64,000 nt of DNA from an uncultured Armatimonadia bacterium (GTDB lineage Bacteria; Armatimonadota; Zipacnadia; CAVVLO01), in the NCBI GenBank assembly GCA_963749155.1, contig CAVVLO010000002.1, positions 896,001-960,000 of the forward strand, read 5' to 3'. Below, piece by piece: positions 40,240 through 51,593 of this stretch; the first letter of the stretch is position 1, and each line of letters begins with the position of its first letter. The translations under genes and the position numbers were made by a program. Below the pieces are notes generated by a model. The model had not been told where the DNA came from and ran no database searches. It was given only the letters and a program-made list of their open reading frames with translations.

Positions 40240-41352
40240 TTAGACGCTCGAAGAGGCCCGCAAGTTCTGACCGAGGGCAAGTTTGAGGAAAAGCGCCTCC
40301 AGGGCAAGCTGGAGATTGGCGTTGGACAGCGCCGCCCGGCGCGCGCGCTGGACCGCCTCAAGCCCTGCCAGCACCCAGGCGGCATCGCGGGTCTGGGCAA
40401 GCGAGGCAAGCAAGGTATATCTGTCGGCAAAACGCAAGCCCGAGGGCTCCTCTCCAAGTTGCACCCTTAGTATCTCGTGAAGCCACCCAAGCAACAGTTC
40501 AAGCGCATCGGCGACAGCCGTTCTGGCAAGTTTCGGTTTGGAAGCCGTAACCTTTTTCTGACCTGTTGAGGCCTGCCACCAATCTTGTGCCAGGCGCTGC
40601 AGCTCTTCGGCCAGACGGAAAGCGGCAAGAGGTGGGGCCTCCACCGCTTCTGCGAACAATCCTAGCAACGCATCGCGTTTCGCCAGCGCCTCGGGGTGTT
40701 CTCCCAGCCCGAAAGCAAGACCCGGCTTGCCCCCTGCCCAGCTTACGATAGCCTTGAGTTCGTTCGCGCCCAGTTTGGGGAAGCGTTGCTTACAGACCAG
40801 AGTCAACGCCTCGCTCTCCATCAGGCCAAACCGCACCTGCCTGCATCTAGACTGGATAGTTGGCAGTACTCCTTCGAGGTTGCTTGCAGTCAAAACAAGA
40901 ATCGTATGCGCCGGCGGCTCCTCAAGTGTCTTGAGCAGAGCGTTGGCAGCCTCGACGGTCATCCTGTCCGCCCCGGCCAACACTTCTACCTTGTATTTTC
41001 CCTGGTAAGGCCTGAGGTCGGAGCGCCGGCGCAGCTCATGCGCCTGTTCGATAGTCACAACAGCGCCTTCAAGGACGATATCTTCCTCGCCCTTGCCCGC
41101 TTTCGCCTGGGTCACAAAGACATCAGGATGATTGTGCTCGGCGATGCGGATGCACTCGTCACATTCGCCACATGCCTCGCCTTCGAGGGGATTCAGGCAG
41201 TTCAGCGCCTGTGCAAGCGCCACCCCCGCCGTCAGCTTCCCGATATGGTCAGGGCCAACAAACAAATAGGAATGAGTCGGCTGCCCACTGGCAACGTCCT
41301 GCCTGAGGCCTTCGATTGCGCGAGGATTGCCCACGAACTCGGAAAACCTCAC
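40240..41352 (-). CDS. holB: DNA polymerase III subunit delta-prime
   Basis: HSYLFVGP, zinc motif NC..ACGECDEC, HPD, AANALLKTLEEPP, TIQSRC; follows tmk. Confidence 0.93.
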   Translation of the reverse strand: MRFSEFVGNPRAIEGLRQDVASGQPTHSYLFVGPDHIGKLTAGVALAQALNCLNPLEGEACGECDECIRIAEHNHPDVFVTQAKAGKGEEDIVLEGAVVTIEQAHELRRRSDLRPYQGKYKVEVLAGADRMTVEAANALLKTLEEPPAHTILVLTASNLEGVLPTIQSRCRQVRFGLMESEALTLVCKQRFPKLGANELKAIVSWAGGKPGLAFGLGEHPEALAKRDALLGLFAEAVEAPPLAAFRLAEELQRLAQDWWQASTGQKKVTASKPKLARTAVADALELLLGWLHEILRVQLGEEPSGLRFADRYTLLASLAQTRDAAWVLAGLEAVQRARRAALSNANLQLALEALFLKLALGQNLRASSSV

Positions 41353-41996
41353 ACAAGTCTCCCCCCGTCATGGATATACAGAACAGGCTCTATCATACTC
41401 AGAATATCGTCACTCACATCATCAGGCACCTGGGTCCCATCGATGACGCAAACGCGCTCGGGCTCCTGCCCTGCGATAGTCAGATAACCTTCTCTTACCC
41501 GCCTGTGGAAATCAACCTCTTCCTGTTCGATGCGGTCGGTTGGGCCTTCCTGCTGCCGGGCGGTCGCGATCTCGGGTGGCACATCCAGGAGGAGGGTGAC
41601 ATCAGGCCATAATCCCGCAACGGCCAGGTCAAGTACTTGCTGCACCAGCTTCAAATCCAGTCCCCTGCCATACCCCTGATATGCCATCGTCGAATCGGCA
41701 TACCGGTCGGAGATGACAACCCAATCCTCGGCGATCAGGGGGCGAAGCTTTTCTTCGATATGCTGGGCTCTGTCCGCCGCGAAAAGCAAGAGTTCTGCGC
41801 GCGCTACCAGAGCATTTTCACCTGCGGCCTTCACGATGCGCGTTATCTCCTGGCCCAGCGTCGTGCCGCCAGGTTCCCGAGTCAAGGCCACCTTTAGTTT
41901 AGGGTAACGTGATTCCAGCCGGCTCTTCAACATTTCAGCCTGCGTGCTCTTTCCGCTGCCATCGCAGCCCTCGAACGTAATCAATAATCCACTCAA
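41349..41996 (-). CDS. tmk: Thymidylate kinase
   Basis: FEGCDGSGKSTQ, TREPGGT, LLFAADRAQH, DRYADSTMAYQG. Confidence 0.96.
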   Translation of the reverse strand: MSGLLITFEGCDGSGKSTQAEMLKSRLESRYPKLKVALTREPGGTTLGQEITRIVKAAGENALVARAELLLFAADRAQHIEEKLRPLIAEDWVVISDRYADSTMAYQGYGRGLDLKLVQQVLDLAVAGLWPDVTLLLDVPPEIATARQQEGPTDRIEQEEVDFHRRVREGYLTIAGQEPERVCVIDGTQVPDDVSDDILSMIEPVLYIHDGGRLV

Positions 41997-42086
41997 AGTT
42001 TATCCTTCCCTGTAGAGGAGTTCGGTCCCGGCCTGCTTCCCACTGCCCTCGCAGCCTGCAAGTGCAACCAGTAGTCGAACAAAAAA

Positions 42087-43640
42087 CTAGTTTTCTCTGT
42101 AGATGACTACCCGCCGGAAAGGCTCGCGCCCTATGCTGCGTGACTTCAGATTGTAAGCGTCAGCCAGGTTATGCTGCAACCGGCGGATATAGGCATTGGC
42201 GGGGTTGAGCTCAAAAGCCTCATCCTCATGAGTCACCATATACTCGACCGCGTCCTCGGCTTCTTTGAGCGCCTCTTGTTCTCTCAGGCCGCCTTCGAGC
42301 TGAAAAATATCCTTGAGCGCCTGCGCAGCCTGGGCCACCGTATTGCTCTTCAGAGGGAAGTACTGCGCGTTGCCAGTCCGACCGGCCGTGGCTCTGGCCC
42401 TGCGGAACTTGGATTGCAACGTAAATACCACCTGGGCCTCTTCTGGCGCTTTGACGAGTTCGACCGGCACCCGCAACTCCTGGGCGGCCTTCTCGACTTT
42501 GTTGCGGCTGATGCCATAAAGAAAAACTCTGACAGGCCTTCGCTCGGCAGCAATCCCATCTCCAGGGGCAATCCCAAGCTCGCCCTCGTCTTTGAATTCG
42601 TCTTCGTCAGCGGCCTCTTGCACGACTTCGATAGAACCTGTGGAGGCCCTTCGACGTACTTCAGGGCTGAGTTGCTGTCCGCGCAGCATCAAGTCCACGG
42701 CATGCGCGACTTCCGCGTGGATAGCCACGGTGGCCGGATCTATCATCTCTACCAGCACTTCGAAGGTCGGTGACTGACGCCGCTCGAGCACTGTCTTCTG
42801 CGTGCCCCGGCGCCTGGCTTCCTCATCGGAGAGCGTCACTGATTCGATGCCCCCGACCAGGTCGGAGAGCGTCGGGTTCATCAGCAGATTCTCCAGCGTG
42901 ATGCCATGGGCCGTCGCCACGAGCTGTACTCCGCGTTCGGCTATGGTGCGGGCTGCCGCCGCTTCCTCCGTCGTGCCAATCTCGTCAATTACGATGACCT
43001 CGGGCATATGGTTCTCGACCGCCTCGATCATCACCGCGTGCTGGCGCTCAGGCGAGGGCACCTGCATCCTGCGCGCCCGGCCTATGCCTGGATGCGGCAC
43101 ATCGCCATCGCCGGCTATCTCGTTGGAGGTATCCACCACCACAACGCGTTTCTTGAAGTCGTCCGCGAGCACGCGCGCCGCTTCGCGCAGCATCGTCGTC
43201 TTGCCAATACCTGGTTTTCCGAGCAGTAAAATACTGCGACCGCTTTCTATCAGGTCGCGCAGTATCTCCACTGTGCCAAAAACAGCCCGGCCCACTCTCA
43301 GTGTCAGCCCCAGGATAATGCCTGTCCGGCTGCGTATGGCTGATATCCGATGGAGCGTCCGCGCGATACCTGCCCGGTTGTCTCCGCCAAATTCGCTGAT
43401 GCGCTCGACGACATGCTGAAGCTGGGTCGGAGACACCACTTCATCTGTCAGCACCTCGAATCGTTCGGAAAAGCGCGCCTCGGGCTCCCGGCCGAGATCC
43501 AGCACAATCTCAAGCAGTTCGTGATAGTCTGGATCCTGCTTGACCAGTGAGGCCAGCTCAGGAGGCAGCACATCCAGCAGGATTGGCAGGTCGTCGGTTA
43601 TCTTGAGGCCAGGCGAGGAGAAAAGCTTGTTGTCACTCAA
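42087..43640 (-). CDS. Ycf45/SpoIIIAA-like AAA+ ATPase with C-terminal R3H domain
   Basis: GKPGIGKTT, DTSNEIAGDGD, AVENHMPEVIVIDEIG, RRLQH (R3H). Confidence 0.88.
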   Translation of the reverse strand: MSDNKLFSSPGLKITDDLPILLDVLPPELASLVKQDPDYHELLEIVLDLGREPEARFSERFEVLTDEVVSPTQLQHVVERISEFGGDNRAGIARTLHRISAIRSRTGIILGLTLRVGRAVFGTVEILRDLIESGRSILLLGKPGIGKTTMLREAARVLADDFKKRVVVVDTSNEIAGDGDVPHPGIGRARRMQVPSPERQHAVMIEAVENHMPEVIVIDEIGTTEEAAAARTIAERGVQLVATAHGITLENLLMNPTLSDLVGGIESVTLSDEEARRRGTQKTVLERRQSPTFEVLVEMIDPATVAIHAEVAHAVDLMLRGQQLSPEVRRRASTGSIEVVQEAADEDEFKDEGELGIAPGDGIAAERRPVRVFLYGISRNKVEKAAQELRVPVELVKAPEEAQVVFTLQSKFRRARATAGRTGNAQYFPLKSNTVAQAAQALKDIFQLEGGLREQEALKEAEDAVEYMVTHEDEAFELNPANAYIRRLQHNLADAYNLKSRSIGREPFRRVVIYREN

Positions 43641-43669
43641 TCCAGGACCACCTCGCAGTTGTTGTTTCG

Positions 43670-43761
43670 ATTATAGCACTCACTCTGACTGCAACTGAGG
43701 CGATTTGAACGACTCTTAACTTTCAAAGCTACTTGCCCAAGTTCCAAACGTGCGCTAACCT
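43670..43761. promoter_or_regulatory. Divergent sigma70-type promoters
   Basis: Minus: TGcTATAAT at 43670-43678. Plus: TTGCCC-17-TAACCT at 43733-43761. Confidence 0.5.
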
Positions 43762-43794
43762 TCCTTACTAGCGAACTCACTCAGGGAGGACCTG

Positions 43795-46700
43795 ATGCCT
43801 CGCCTGCTTCTGCTTTGCCTGCTGCTCGCCTGGGCCTGGCCTGCCAGCGCCTTGCGGCTTGCGGTGCTTTCCGAGGCTGGCTTTCCTCATAATGCCCTCG
43901 GTGATGCCAAGGCGCTTTCCGCGACCGAAATCGGCCAGTATCTCGACCGGTTCGGCGATGTCTCGGTGCTGAACTACGATGAAGCCAGCAGGCCTGACTT
44001 GCTCTCACCTGATCTTTTCGACGTGTTTGTAGTTCCCTATGGAGGCAACTATCCCCTTTATCTTTTGCCCAATCTTCTGCACTTCTGCGAGCGCGGAGGC
44101 GATCTCATCCTGGCCGAAGGCGCGCCTTTCTCGGTCCCCTATGAGGTGCGCGGTGGCGCCTGGATGCCTGTCACGGTCAGCAGGCACGATATGGGGGGGA
44201 TGTATTACGAAGGGATGCGCTTGCTGGACTTCCGGGATTTCGGCTTGTTCGCTTACCGGGTGCCGCCCCAGCTCAGATTGCTCGAGTATGGAGAATTGCG
44301 TATCTCAGAATCGTATGACGGCTATCTGGTCGGCGCGCACACAAGTGACAGGCTGCACCAGGACACCCAGGTCGCGCGCAATTTTCCTCTGCTGACCGCG
44401 CGAGATAAATATGGCGAGGTCTCCGGCAGCGCAGCCACTCTTGTCAGGCACTTCGCAGGGCAGTTTCAGGATTCTACCTGGATTATTTTGGGAGGATATG
44501 GCAAGACCAGTCCCTTGCATCCAGCCTTCAAGGACCGCGACCGGTTTTGGGCCGAAACCTTAACTTGCCTGGATTACCCCGCGTTTGCGCCAGCGGCTTT
44601 CGACTTGCCCGGCTATCTGCCCGGCGAGCGCGCTTCCTGTCAGCTTAAAGTCCGCAGCAGTGCCACGACCTACGTGGAAGCCCGATTGAGGCTTAGTCTG
44701 GTTGCAGAAGATGGCACCGAACTAACCTCCTCTCTTGTTACAGGCGTTGGCGAACAGGCTTTGCGGCTTGCGCCTCGCGCGACCGCAACTTTCGCCGCGA
44801 GCTTCACCGTGCCAGACCTGACCAACCAGTTCATCACGCTCACCGCTACGCTCAGTGATCTGTCAGGCCACGAGCTGGATACCTGCGAAGTTGCCTGCTG
44901 GGTACTCGGCGAGACTCCTGAAGGGCCAGAACTCTCCATCACCTCGCCCTTCTTCGAGCTGGACAAGCGTCCGCGCCAGGTGTTTGGCATCAATTATTCA
45001 GGGCCGGTCGATGGCGCCCATTTGGGGCTTGCCAGTTTCAACCTGGCCTCCTACAAGCATGACCTGGAGCACTTCAGGCAAGCTGGCGTGCCTGTTATCT
45101 CTTTGTTCAGCCACCGATATGACGCTGGCCAGTCCGCTGACGACCTGCGTAACCTGCGCCTCGACCTGGCCCGGATGGCCGCTGCCAAGCGAGAGGGGCT
45201 GCTGGTCAAATTCATCACCCTGGACAAACAGGTTATCTGGAGTGGCGAAGGCTACCAGTCCTGGTTGCTCGATAGCAGCTTCCTTACCCGCCAGGGAGAT
45301 GTGCTGGCTGGTTATGCAAGTCAGTGGCGGAATGTCTTGTTCGATATCACAAGCGAAGCCTATCTGGTCCAGCGAGAGAGCGCTCTGCTACGCGGCGCTT
45401 TCCAGGACTGGCTTGCTGATCACTACACTAATCCGGCCGAGGCCCTGGAGCGCTGGGGCCTTGCTCAGGAATCCGCTCCAACCAGCTTTGCGGGGCTGCC
45501 CGTGCCCGATCCCGCTGTCTCGTTGATGGGCGACAACTGGTGCCTCAATCTCGCTACTGTGCTGACTCTGCTGCCAGAAAAACCTGTGCCAGTCCAACAC
45601 GACTATTTTGCGTTTTCTGCCAGCGTCTATGACCGGTTTTACAGTCGCCTTCGGTCTGCGCTTGGCCCAGCTGGCAAAGGCCAGTACCTGACTGGGCTTT
45701 CGATGTCAGGTGGTGGACGCGCCTGGCCCTGGGATACGGCTGGCAGTCTCGATGTGCCCAACTCTCACCTGTACGACCAGTTGCTCGGGCTTGCCGGAGG
45801 CCTGGCTCTGGATGATTTTCGTTCTATAAACAAGCCCTTCTTCGCCGGAGAACTGGGCTACTATGACAGCAGCTATCTGCCGCCCGAGTTTCAGCTAACC
45901 AGTTTCTCCGAGCAGCAACGCGGTTATTACGAGGAAGCCATCACCCGCGCGCTTATGCGTCAGACTGCTGGCTTGCTCTTCTGGGAATTGCATGATGGTC
46001 GCAACGAGTGGCAAATAGAAAAAGGTGTCGAATCGGATTACGGCCTGGTCTCCAAGGCAAATGAGGTGCCGAAGGCAGGCTTCTGGGCAGTGCGCAATGC
46101 CAACCTGTTAGGCGCGCTCACGACGCCCCGTATGCGCCCTCCTCAGGCAGTGCTCGTGCTGCCGATGGAACTAATCAACTCCTCCTATTGGGCGCTGGCG
46201 ATGCACCGGTTGCGCGCCACTGCCAATTGCCTGATGGCGTCGGGACTGGACTTTTGGACTGTACCCTCGACTGCGCTTGCCAGTATCCCGTCTGAAGCGA
46301 AACTCGTGCTTTGCCCGCTCCTCTGGGGGCTCTCCGATGGAGAATGGGCTGCTCTGCGGCAGCTCGCAGAATCCGGAAAACTGGTCTACGTAAGCGGTGA
46401 TGTGCTGCGCGACGAGTACCTGCTGGCTCGCAAGCCCGACCGGCTTGCAGACCTAAAACTCGGCGCGCGCGCTTCGCTCTTTGGCGATCTGCGCGGCCTG
46501 CTGACCTCGGCGCCAGTTGAAGTCACTCCAACCGAAGAGCTTGCCGGCGCTTTGGAAGTCACAACTCACCTGGCTGGGTCATCCCCTGCTCGAGCTTGCG
46601 CCTCGTCGGGAAGGCAAGGTGCTCGCGAGAACCGCCAGTGGCTCTCCTGTCCTGGTGGAGCTTTCTCTTGGCGCAGGACATTTGGTCTACTCGGCTGATC

Positions 46701-47338
46701 CGCTCGAATTCTACATCGCGCTCGATGATGGCGGCACAATCAACGCGTATGCCGAACCCCTCACCTGGCTCTACAGGCGCCTGGCCGCGCGCGCCGGACT
46801 CGAGCTGCCTGCGGCCACGCCCGCGCCTTGGGGGCTGCACCTGGCGAGCCTCAGCTTCGCCGAAGGACCCGGTCTTGCAGCGGTTTATAGCAAGAGGCAG
46901 GCGGCCTCCTGGGAGCTTTATTCTCTGCCTTCTGATACGCCAGAGCGCTTCCAACTTGCCATCGCAGGGCGTTCTTGCGAGGCCGATATCAGGCCGGGCT
47001 CGACTGCACTGGCACTCTTCCTCGAGCGGGGAGGCCCCTGGCTCTTGCAGGTAGATGGCCATTTCGCCGATCCTGTCGGCGGAGACAGAGTGGACACCCG
47101 TAACGGCTCCGCGCTCTTCCTTGTGGGACTCGACCATCAACCGCTGTCCAGCAGCACCGAGTTGCTTGTCATACCGCGCCTGGTACAAGGGAAGGAAAAA
47201 CTTGCCTTGCGTCGTTCTCCCAATGCGCCAAGGCTTGAAGCGGTCGTTGTCGAATTAACTACTGGCAAAGCCCAATTGCTCGAAGCCCCAAGCCTGAAGC
47301 AATCGAGTACAGGCTTCGAACTGGAGCTTATCTCCTGA
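43795..47338 (+). CDS. Large exported clan GH-A-like glycoside hydrolase (about 1,180 aa; +1 frameshift near 46550-46600)
   Basis: Signal peptide; GATase-like N-domain; barrel motifs FDITSE, HLY, KPFFAGELGY, LFWEL; trimerisation-like C-domain continues in ORF 46517..47338. Confidence 0.65.
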
Positions 47339-47388
47339 TGAGACTCACCAGCTAATTTTGCTTACCGAGAAGGGGAGGGGCGCCGAAA

Positions 47389-49311
47389 TTGCCGCGAAGC
47401 TGGCCGCTTTGCTTGCTGATTAGCCTGAGCTTCACTCTGGCTGGCCCTGGCTTTGCCCAACCGGGCTGGGCGCCACCTGTGCTTGCGGCCTCCTTGGCGC
47501 TTTCGGAGTCTGACTTGTCGCCCGCCGAAGCCCTGGCCTTCGCGGAAAGTCAGCCCCAGACCCCCCAGGCTAATCCCGCGCTCGCTTTGGCTCTTGAGTC
47601 ACCTGATGACACAATCCGCCTTCGCGCCGCCGAATTGTTGCTTGCCCAGTCAGAGTGCCCATGGCACGCGAAAGCACTGCTTGTGAAAGCTGACTCACTA
47701 CCCCAGGCTGAAGCAAAACCGTTGCTTGAGCAAATCGTCCAGCATCATCCGCTAGAACCTGAAGCCTCTGAAGCTTTGTTGCGTATTGCTGAACTGGCTC
47801 TGATCTCTCGTCAGCCGAAACAGGCCGAGATACTTGCGACCGGATTGCTCGCCAAGTATCCCCTTTGCCCCGAGCTCTATGAAGCCCGCCTGTTGATTGC
47901 CCAGGCGGCCGCTGATCAGGGCAATCTCGATCTGGCCTTGCGCCTGCTCAAAGCGCTGATCAAGCTGGCGCCGGATTCGCTTGCCTCCCTTGAAGCCGCC
48001 AGGCGCGCAAATGAGCTGGCCCCTGACACCTATGCAGTCGAGGGCCGTTTCCGCTGCCACGAAGCCGAGGACCATCTGGCACTTGCGCGGTCTTTATTCG
48101 AGCAGGGAGAGGACTATCAAAGCGCAGCCGAGGGCTTCCGGCGTTATATCGAATTCTATCCGACCAGTGAATACTGCCCCGAGGCGCTGGAGCTGCTTGC
48201 AAAGTCTCTTGAGGCTGCTGGCGCTCTCTGGACCCCTGGGCTAGCCCTGCCCCGCCTTGAGACCATCGTTTTCGTTGACACTAGCGATACCGACCGAGAC
48301 CAGCTTGTAAAGCAGCAGGCGCTGACTCGGGGCAAATTAAACGACTTGGACACGGCCTCCAAGGCCTGGCTAGAACTGGCGTTGCGTTATCCTGGCAGCG
48401 GTTATCAACTCGAAGCTATGGCAGGACTAGGCCGCAGCGCTCTGGCTGGCGGCGATCCGACCCCTCTGCTTACCTTTGCAACCCTGGTGAAGCAGCAAGC
48501 GCCAGCTTCGCCCCAGGCGCGCGAGGTTGAAAAATTGCTGGGCAGATGGGCGCTTTCCAACGCTTACAAGCCTGAGGCCTTGTCTGAAGGTCTGCTTGCG
48601 GTTGCACCGGAAGCTTTCCGCCAGCAGGCCTGGCTCGCCGAGGCGCTCTCGACCCCTGCTCTGGAGCTTGCTCCTGGTGAGGTAGCCTCTCTGCTCCTGG
48701 GCGCGCCCAGTCAGCTTCAGGTGGGAGGTTCTCTTCTTACAGGGCCTGCCGGAGCGCTTGCCTTGCTGGGGCAAGCAGGGCTTGACCAACGCCTGGCCGG
48801 CTTGCTGCCAGCCGAACTCAAAGCCTCTCTGGAGATTGCTCCCCTTGACCAGCCTGTCTCGGGAGCTTTGCTTGATGCGATTGACCCAGTTTCCATCGCA
48901 CGCAGACTTTTCTACCGTCAGCTGGAGGTCGCGCTAAGGCTGTCGCCGAGGGCTGACGCCGCCAGGCCTCTTGCCAAGGGACTTGCCTGGTGGCTCGCTC
49001 TGGCCATGACTGGGCAGGCTTTTGGGCAGGAGGTTTCGACGTTGCCAGGTCAGGCAGAGCAACTCGCAGCCGAGTTTGAGCTGGCTTGCGCCCCCTTCGA
49101 GGCACTCGGCGGGGAGGTTGCTTTGGGGCTTTGGATTCGTGCCCTGGGCTCTCCACTTGCTGCTGAAGCAAGTCTGCCAGGCAAGTTGCTTGCCGAAATC
49201 GCCAGGCGCGAACAAGCCAGCAATCCAACTGAGGCTTTGTTCCAGGCCGCCTCTGCCGCATCAGGCAGGCAGGTCGAAGCCAGCTTCGAACCACTTGCGT
49301 TGCCTTACTAA
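47389..49311 (+). CDS. Exported tetratricopeptide-repeat protein
   Basis: Signal peptide; repeated helical units with YP/HP turns (KYPLCP, FYPTSEYCPEAL, RYPGSGY). Confidence 0.75.
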   Translation: MPRSWPLCLLISLSFTLAGPGFAQPGWAPPVLAASLALSESDLSPAEALAFAESQPQTPQANPALALALESPDDTIRLRAAELLLAQSECPWHAKALLVKADSLPQAEAKPLLEQIVQHHPLEPEASEALLRIAELALISRQPKQAEILATGLLAKYPLCPELYEARLLIAQAAADQGNLDLALRLLKALIKLAPDSLASLEAARRANELAPDTYAVEGRFRCHEAEDHLALARSLFEQGEDYQSAAEGFRRYIEFYPTSEYCPEALELLAKSLEAAGALWTPGLALPRLETIVFVDTSDTDRDQLVKQQALTRGKLNDLDTASKAWLELALRYPGSGYQLEAMAGLGRSALAGGDPTPLLTFATLVKQQAPASPQAREVEKLLGRWALSNAYKPEALSEGLLAVAPEAFRQQAWLAEALSTPALELAPGEVASLLLGAPSQLQVGGSLLTGPAGALALLGQAGLDQRLAGLLPAELKASLEIAPLDQPVSGALLDAIDPVSIARRLFYRQLEVALRLSPRADAARPLAKGLAWWLALAMTGQAFGQEVSTLPGQAEQLAAEFELACAPFEALGGEVALGLWIRALGSPLAAEASLPGKLLAEIARREQASNPTEALFQAASAASGRQVEASFEPLALPY

Positions 49312-50510
49312 TCCCAGCGCCGGGTGGGCACAAGCACCAGTCCAAGGAGCGCTGCTACTAGTCCCGCGCCTGCGCTGACAAAGAAGGCCACCTGGCCCGT
49401 GCCGAAGTGATCCCACAAGGTACCAGCCAACACGCTGGAGGCCATAATCGCAACCCCTTGCACCGCGTGGAATACTCCCAGGGGAGTGCCGCGCGCCTTC
49501 TGTACTCCAAGCTCGCTTGCGATAGTGCGCGAGACAGTTTCCGAGACGCCCTTCTGCCCGCCATACAGCCCCATCAGCACCCAGGCCCAGAGGACTCCAG
49601 TGGTGAGCGCAAAGCCAAGCGACACCGCCGCAAGACCCAGAAAAGCCCCCAGGAGCAGGCTCTTGCGACCGATCTTGTCTGCCAGCTTGCCAGCAGGCAG
49701 GGGCGTGAGCATATAGATGACATTGGAGAAAGCGTAGACCAGCGGCCCGAAATGCTCCGGCACGCCCATCTCGACCGCTCGCAGGATGAAGAACATATAG
49801 CTGAAATCACAGAACGCGAAGAGGCCAGTGACCGCCGCATATTGAGTGACAGCTCTGGCGCGCGCGGCCCGGGCAACTGTACTTGTGTGATTTTCGGCTT
49901 TCAGCTCAGCCTTGCCAGGCACCTCACGAACTAGCAGGAAGGCAGCCAATACCGCCAGTACGCCAAGCCCCGCAGCCACAAGAAAAGTGTCTCTATAACG
50001 GAAGTCTCCCTTGAAGCTGGCGAGCAGCGCAAAACCAAGTAGCGAGCCGATGACAGCCCCGGTTGTATCCATCATCCGGTGAAGGCCAAAACTGGCGGCG
50101 CGCCTTTCCGCCGGGACGGAATCAGCAATCAATGCATCACGAGGCGCACTGCGGATTCCCTTTCCAACCCTGTCAAAAAATCTTAGCGTCAGTACTTGCC
50201 AGCCCAGCGTTGCGAAGGAGAGCAAGGTCTTGGCCAGCCACGAAAACGAATAGCCGGTAACTACCAAACCTTTACGTTTGCCCAGCCTGTCCGATAGCCA
50301 GCCACTGGCCAGCTTGAGCGCGCTGCTGGCGCCCTCCGACAGGCCGTCTATCAAGCCAATCAACTGCTTGGGCAGGCCAAGCTGCACCGCAAGAAAAGTC
50401 GGTAGCAACGCCAGGATTATCTCGCTGTGGACGTCCGTCAGCAGGCTGACGATGCCCAGGTAGACGGGATTGCGTTCGGTCTTGCTGGTCTTTGTGGATT
50501 GTTGTTCCAA
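49308..50510 (-). CDS. MFS transporter
   Basis: GWLSDRLGKRK, DRVGKGIRSAPRDALIADS, GKLADKIGRK; about 12 TM segments. Confidence 0.92.
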   Translation of the reverse strand: MEQQSTKTSKTERNPVYLGIVSLLTDVHSEIILALLPTFLAVQLGLPKQLIGLIDGLSEGASSALKLASGWLSDRLGKRKGLVVTGYSFSWLAKTLLSFATLGWQVLTLRFFDRVGKGIRSAPRDALIADSVPAERRAASFGLHRMMDTTGAVIGSLLGFALLASFKGDFRYRDTFLVAAGLGVLAVLAAFLLVREVPGKAELKAENHTSTVARAARARAVTQYAAVTGLFAFCDFSYMFFILRAVEMGVPEHFGPLVYAFSNVIYMLTPLPAGKLADKIGRKSLLLGAFLGLAAVSLGFALTTGVLWAWVLMGLYGGQKGVSETVSRTIASELGVQKARGTPLGVFHAVQGVAIMASSVLAGTLWDHFGTGQVAFFVSAGAGLVAALLGLVLVPTRRWD

Positions 50511-50519
50511 AGGCGCCTC

Positions 50520-51593
50520 TTAACGTGTCACTGGTTCGACCTGTCCACTTGCAAGACTGCGATGAGCAGCCTGGGCGATTGCGGTGGCCTCCAGGCCTGC
50601 CTCTCCATCAGGATAAGTGCCCGCCAAATCGGCCAGACTGGCGCCCTGGGCGAGGGCCTCCAGGTTCTCCACGAAGTCGGCGATGCTCTCAATCCCGTAT
50701 CCTTTGAACACCGACCGGCCCTGTTTGTCGCTCTCCTCGCGCAGGAAATTGTTGTTCCAGGTGCGCATCCCCTCGGCCTCGGTCGCCGACTGGCTGCCCC
50801 GATACTGGGAATCGCACTCCCACATCCCCTCGGTGCCCACAATCCGGATGCCCTGGTTGACGATGGCCTCAAAGCCGCGCGGCAAGATCCATGAGCTATC
50901 GAAATAGCAACACGCCCCACCCTCGTAGCGCACCTGCACGGAGACATGATCCCAGGCAGGGATGCCGAGGCTCGCAAGTTTGCGCTTGTTGCCGACAGCC
51001 CTCACGCTCTCGGCCTTCAGGCCCGTGATGAAGTGGAAGAGATCGTAGAAATGTACTCCCAGGAACCACGCCGGCGAGCTGTCAGGCGCCCAGCCGGGGA
51101 ACCAGTCCACCGGCACCTCGATGCGGTCTTCCATATGCACATAGCCGTAAAGCGCCTCGCCCAGCTTGCCTGCGGTATATTCGCCGCGCATATTGAGGTG
51201 CTCGGGGTCGTAGCGCTTGTGGAAATCCACCTGCAGCAGCCTGGCTGCCTTCTCCGCCGCCTCGATAAGTTGATTGCACCCCTCGGTGGTGGTGTCCATC
51301 GGCTTCTCGACCAGCACGTGCAGGCCGCGCTCCAGCGCCGCAAGAGCCATCGGGCGGTGCAGATGATCAGGAGTAACGATGGTGACGGCATCCAACTGTA
51401 CTTCCTCCAGCATCTGCTGCCAGTCTGTATAACCGGACGGGCCGGGGAACTCCGCGAGGCGCCCGGTGAGCGTCGCTTCGCTGCGGCTGCAGATTGCCAC
51501 CAGCTCAACCCGGCCCTGGCGCTCCAGTTGCTTCATACAGCGCAGGTGTTGCAAGCCAAATTTGCCGAGGCCTATCACGCCAATCCGGATCAT
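50520..51593 (-). CDS. Gfo/Idh/MocA family oxidoreductase
   Basis: Start MIRIGVIGLGKFG at 51593 (TAATG coupling), TPDHLH, VEKP, HFYD. Confidence 0.92.
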   Translation of the reverse strand: MIRIGVIGLGKFGLQHLRCMKQLERQGRVELVAICSRSEATLTGRLAEFPGPSGYTDWQQMLEEVQLDAVTIVTPDHLHRPMALAALERGLHVLVEKPMDTTTEGCNQLIEAAEKAARLLQVDFHKRYDPEHLNMRGEYTAGKLGEALYGYVHMEDRIEVPVDWFPGWAPDSSPAWFLGVHFYDLFHFITGLKAESVRAVGNKRKLASLGIPAWDHVSVQVRYEGGACCYFDSSWILPRGFEAIVNQGIRIVGTEGMWECDSQYRGSQSATEAEGMRTWNNNFLREESDKQGRSVFKGYGIESIADFVENLEALAQGASLADLAGTYPDGEAGLEATAIAQAAHRSLASGQVEPVTR

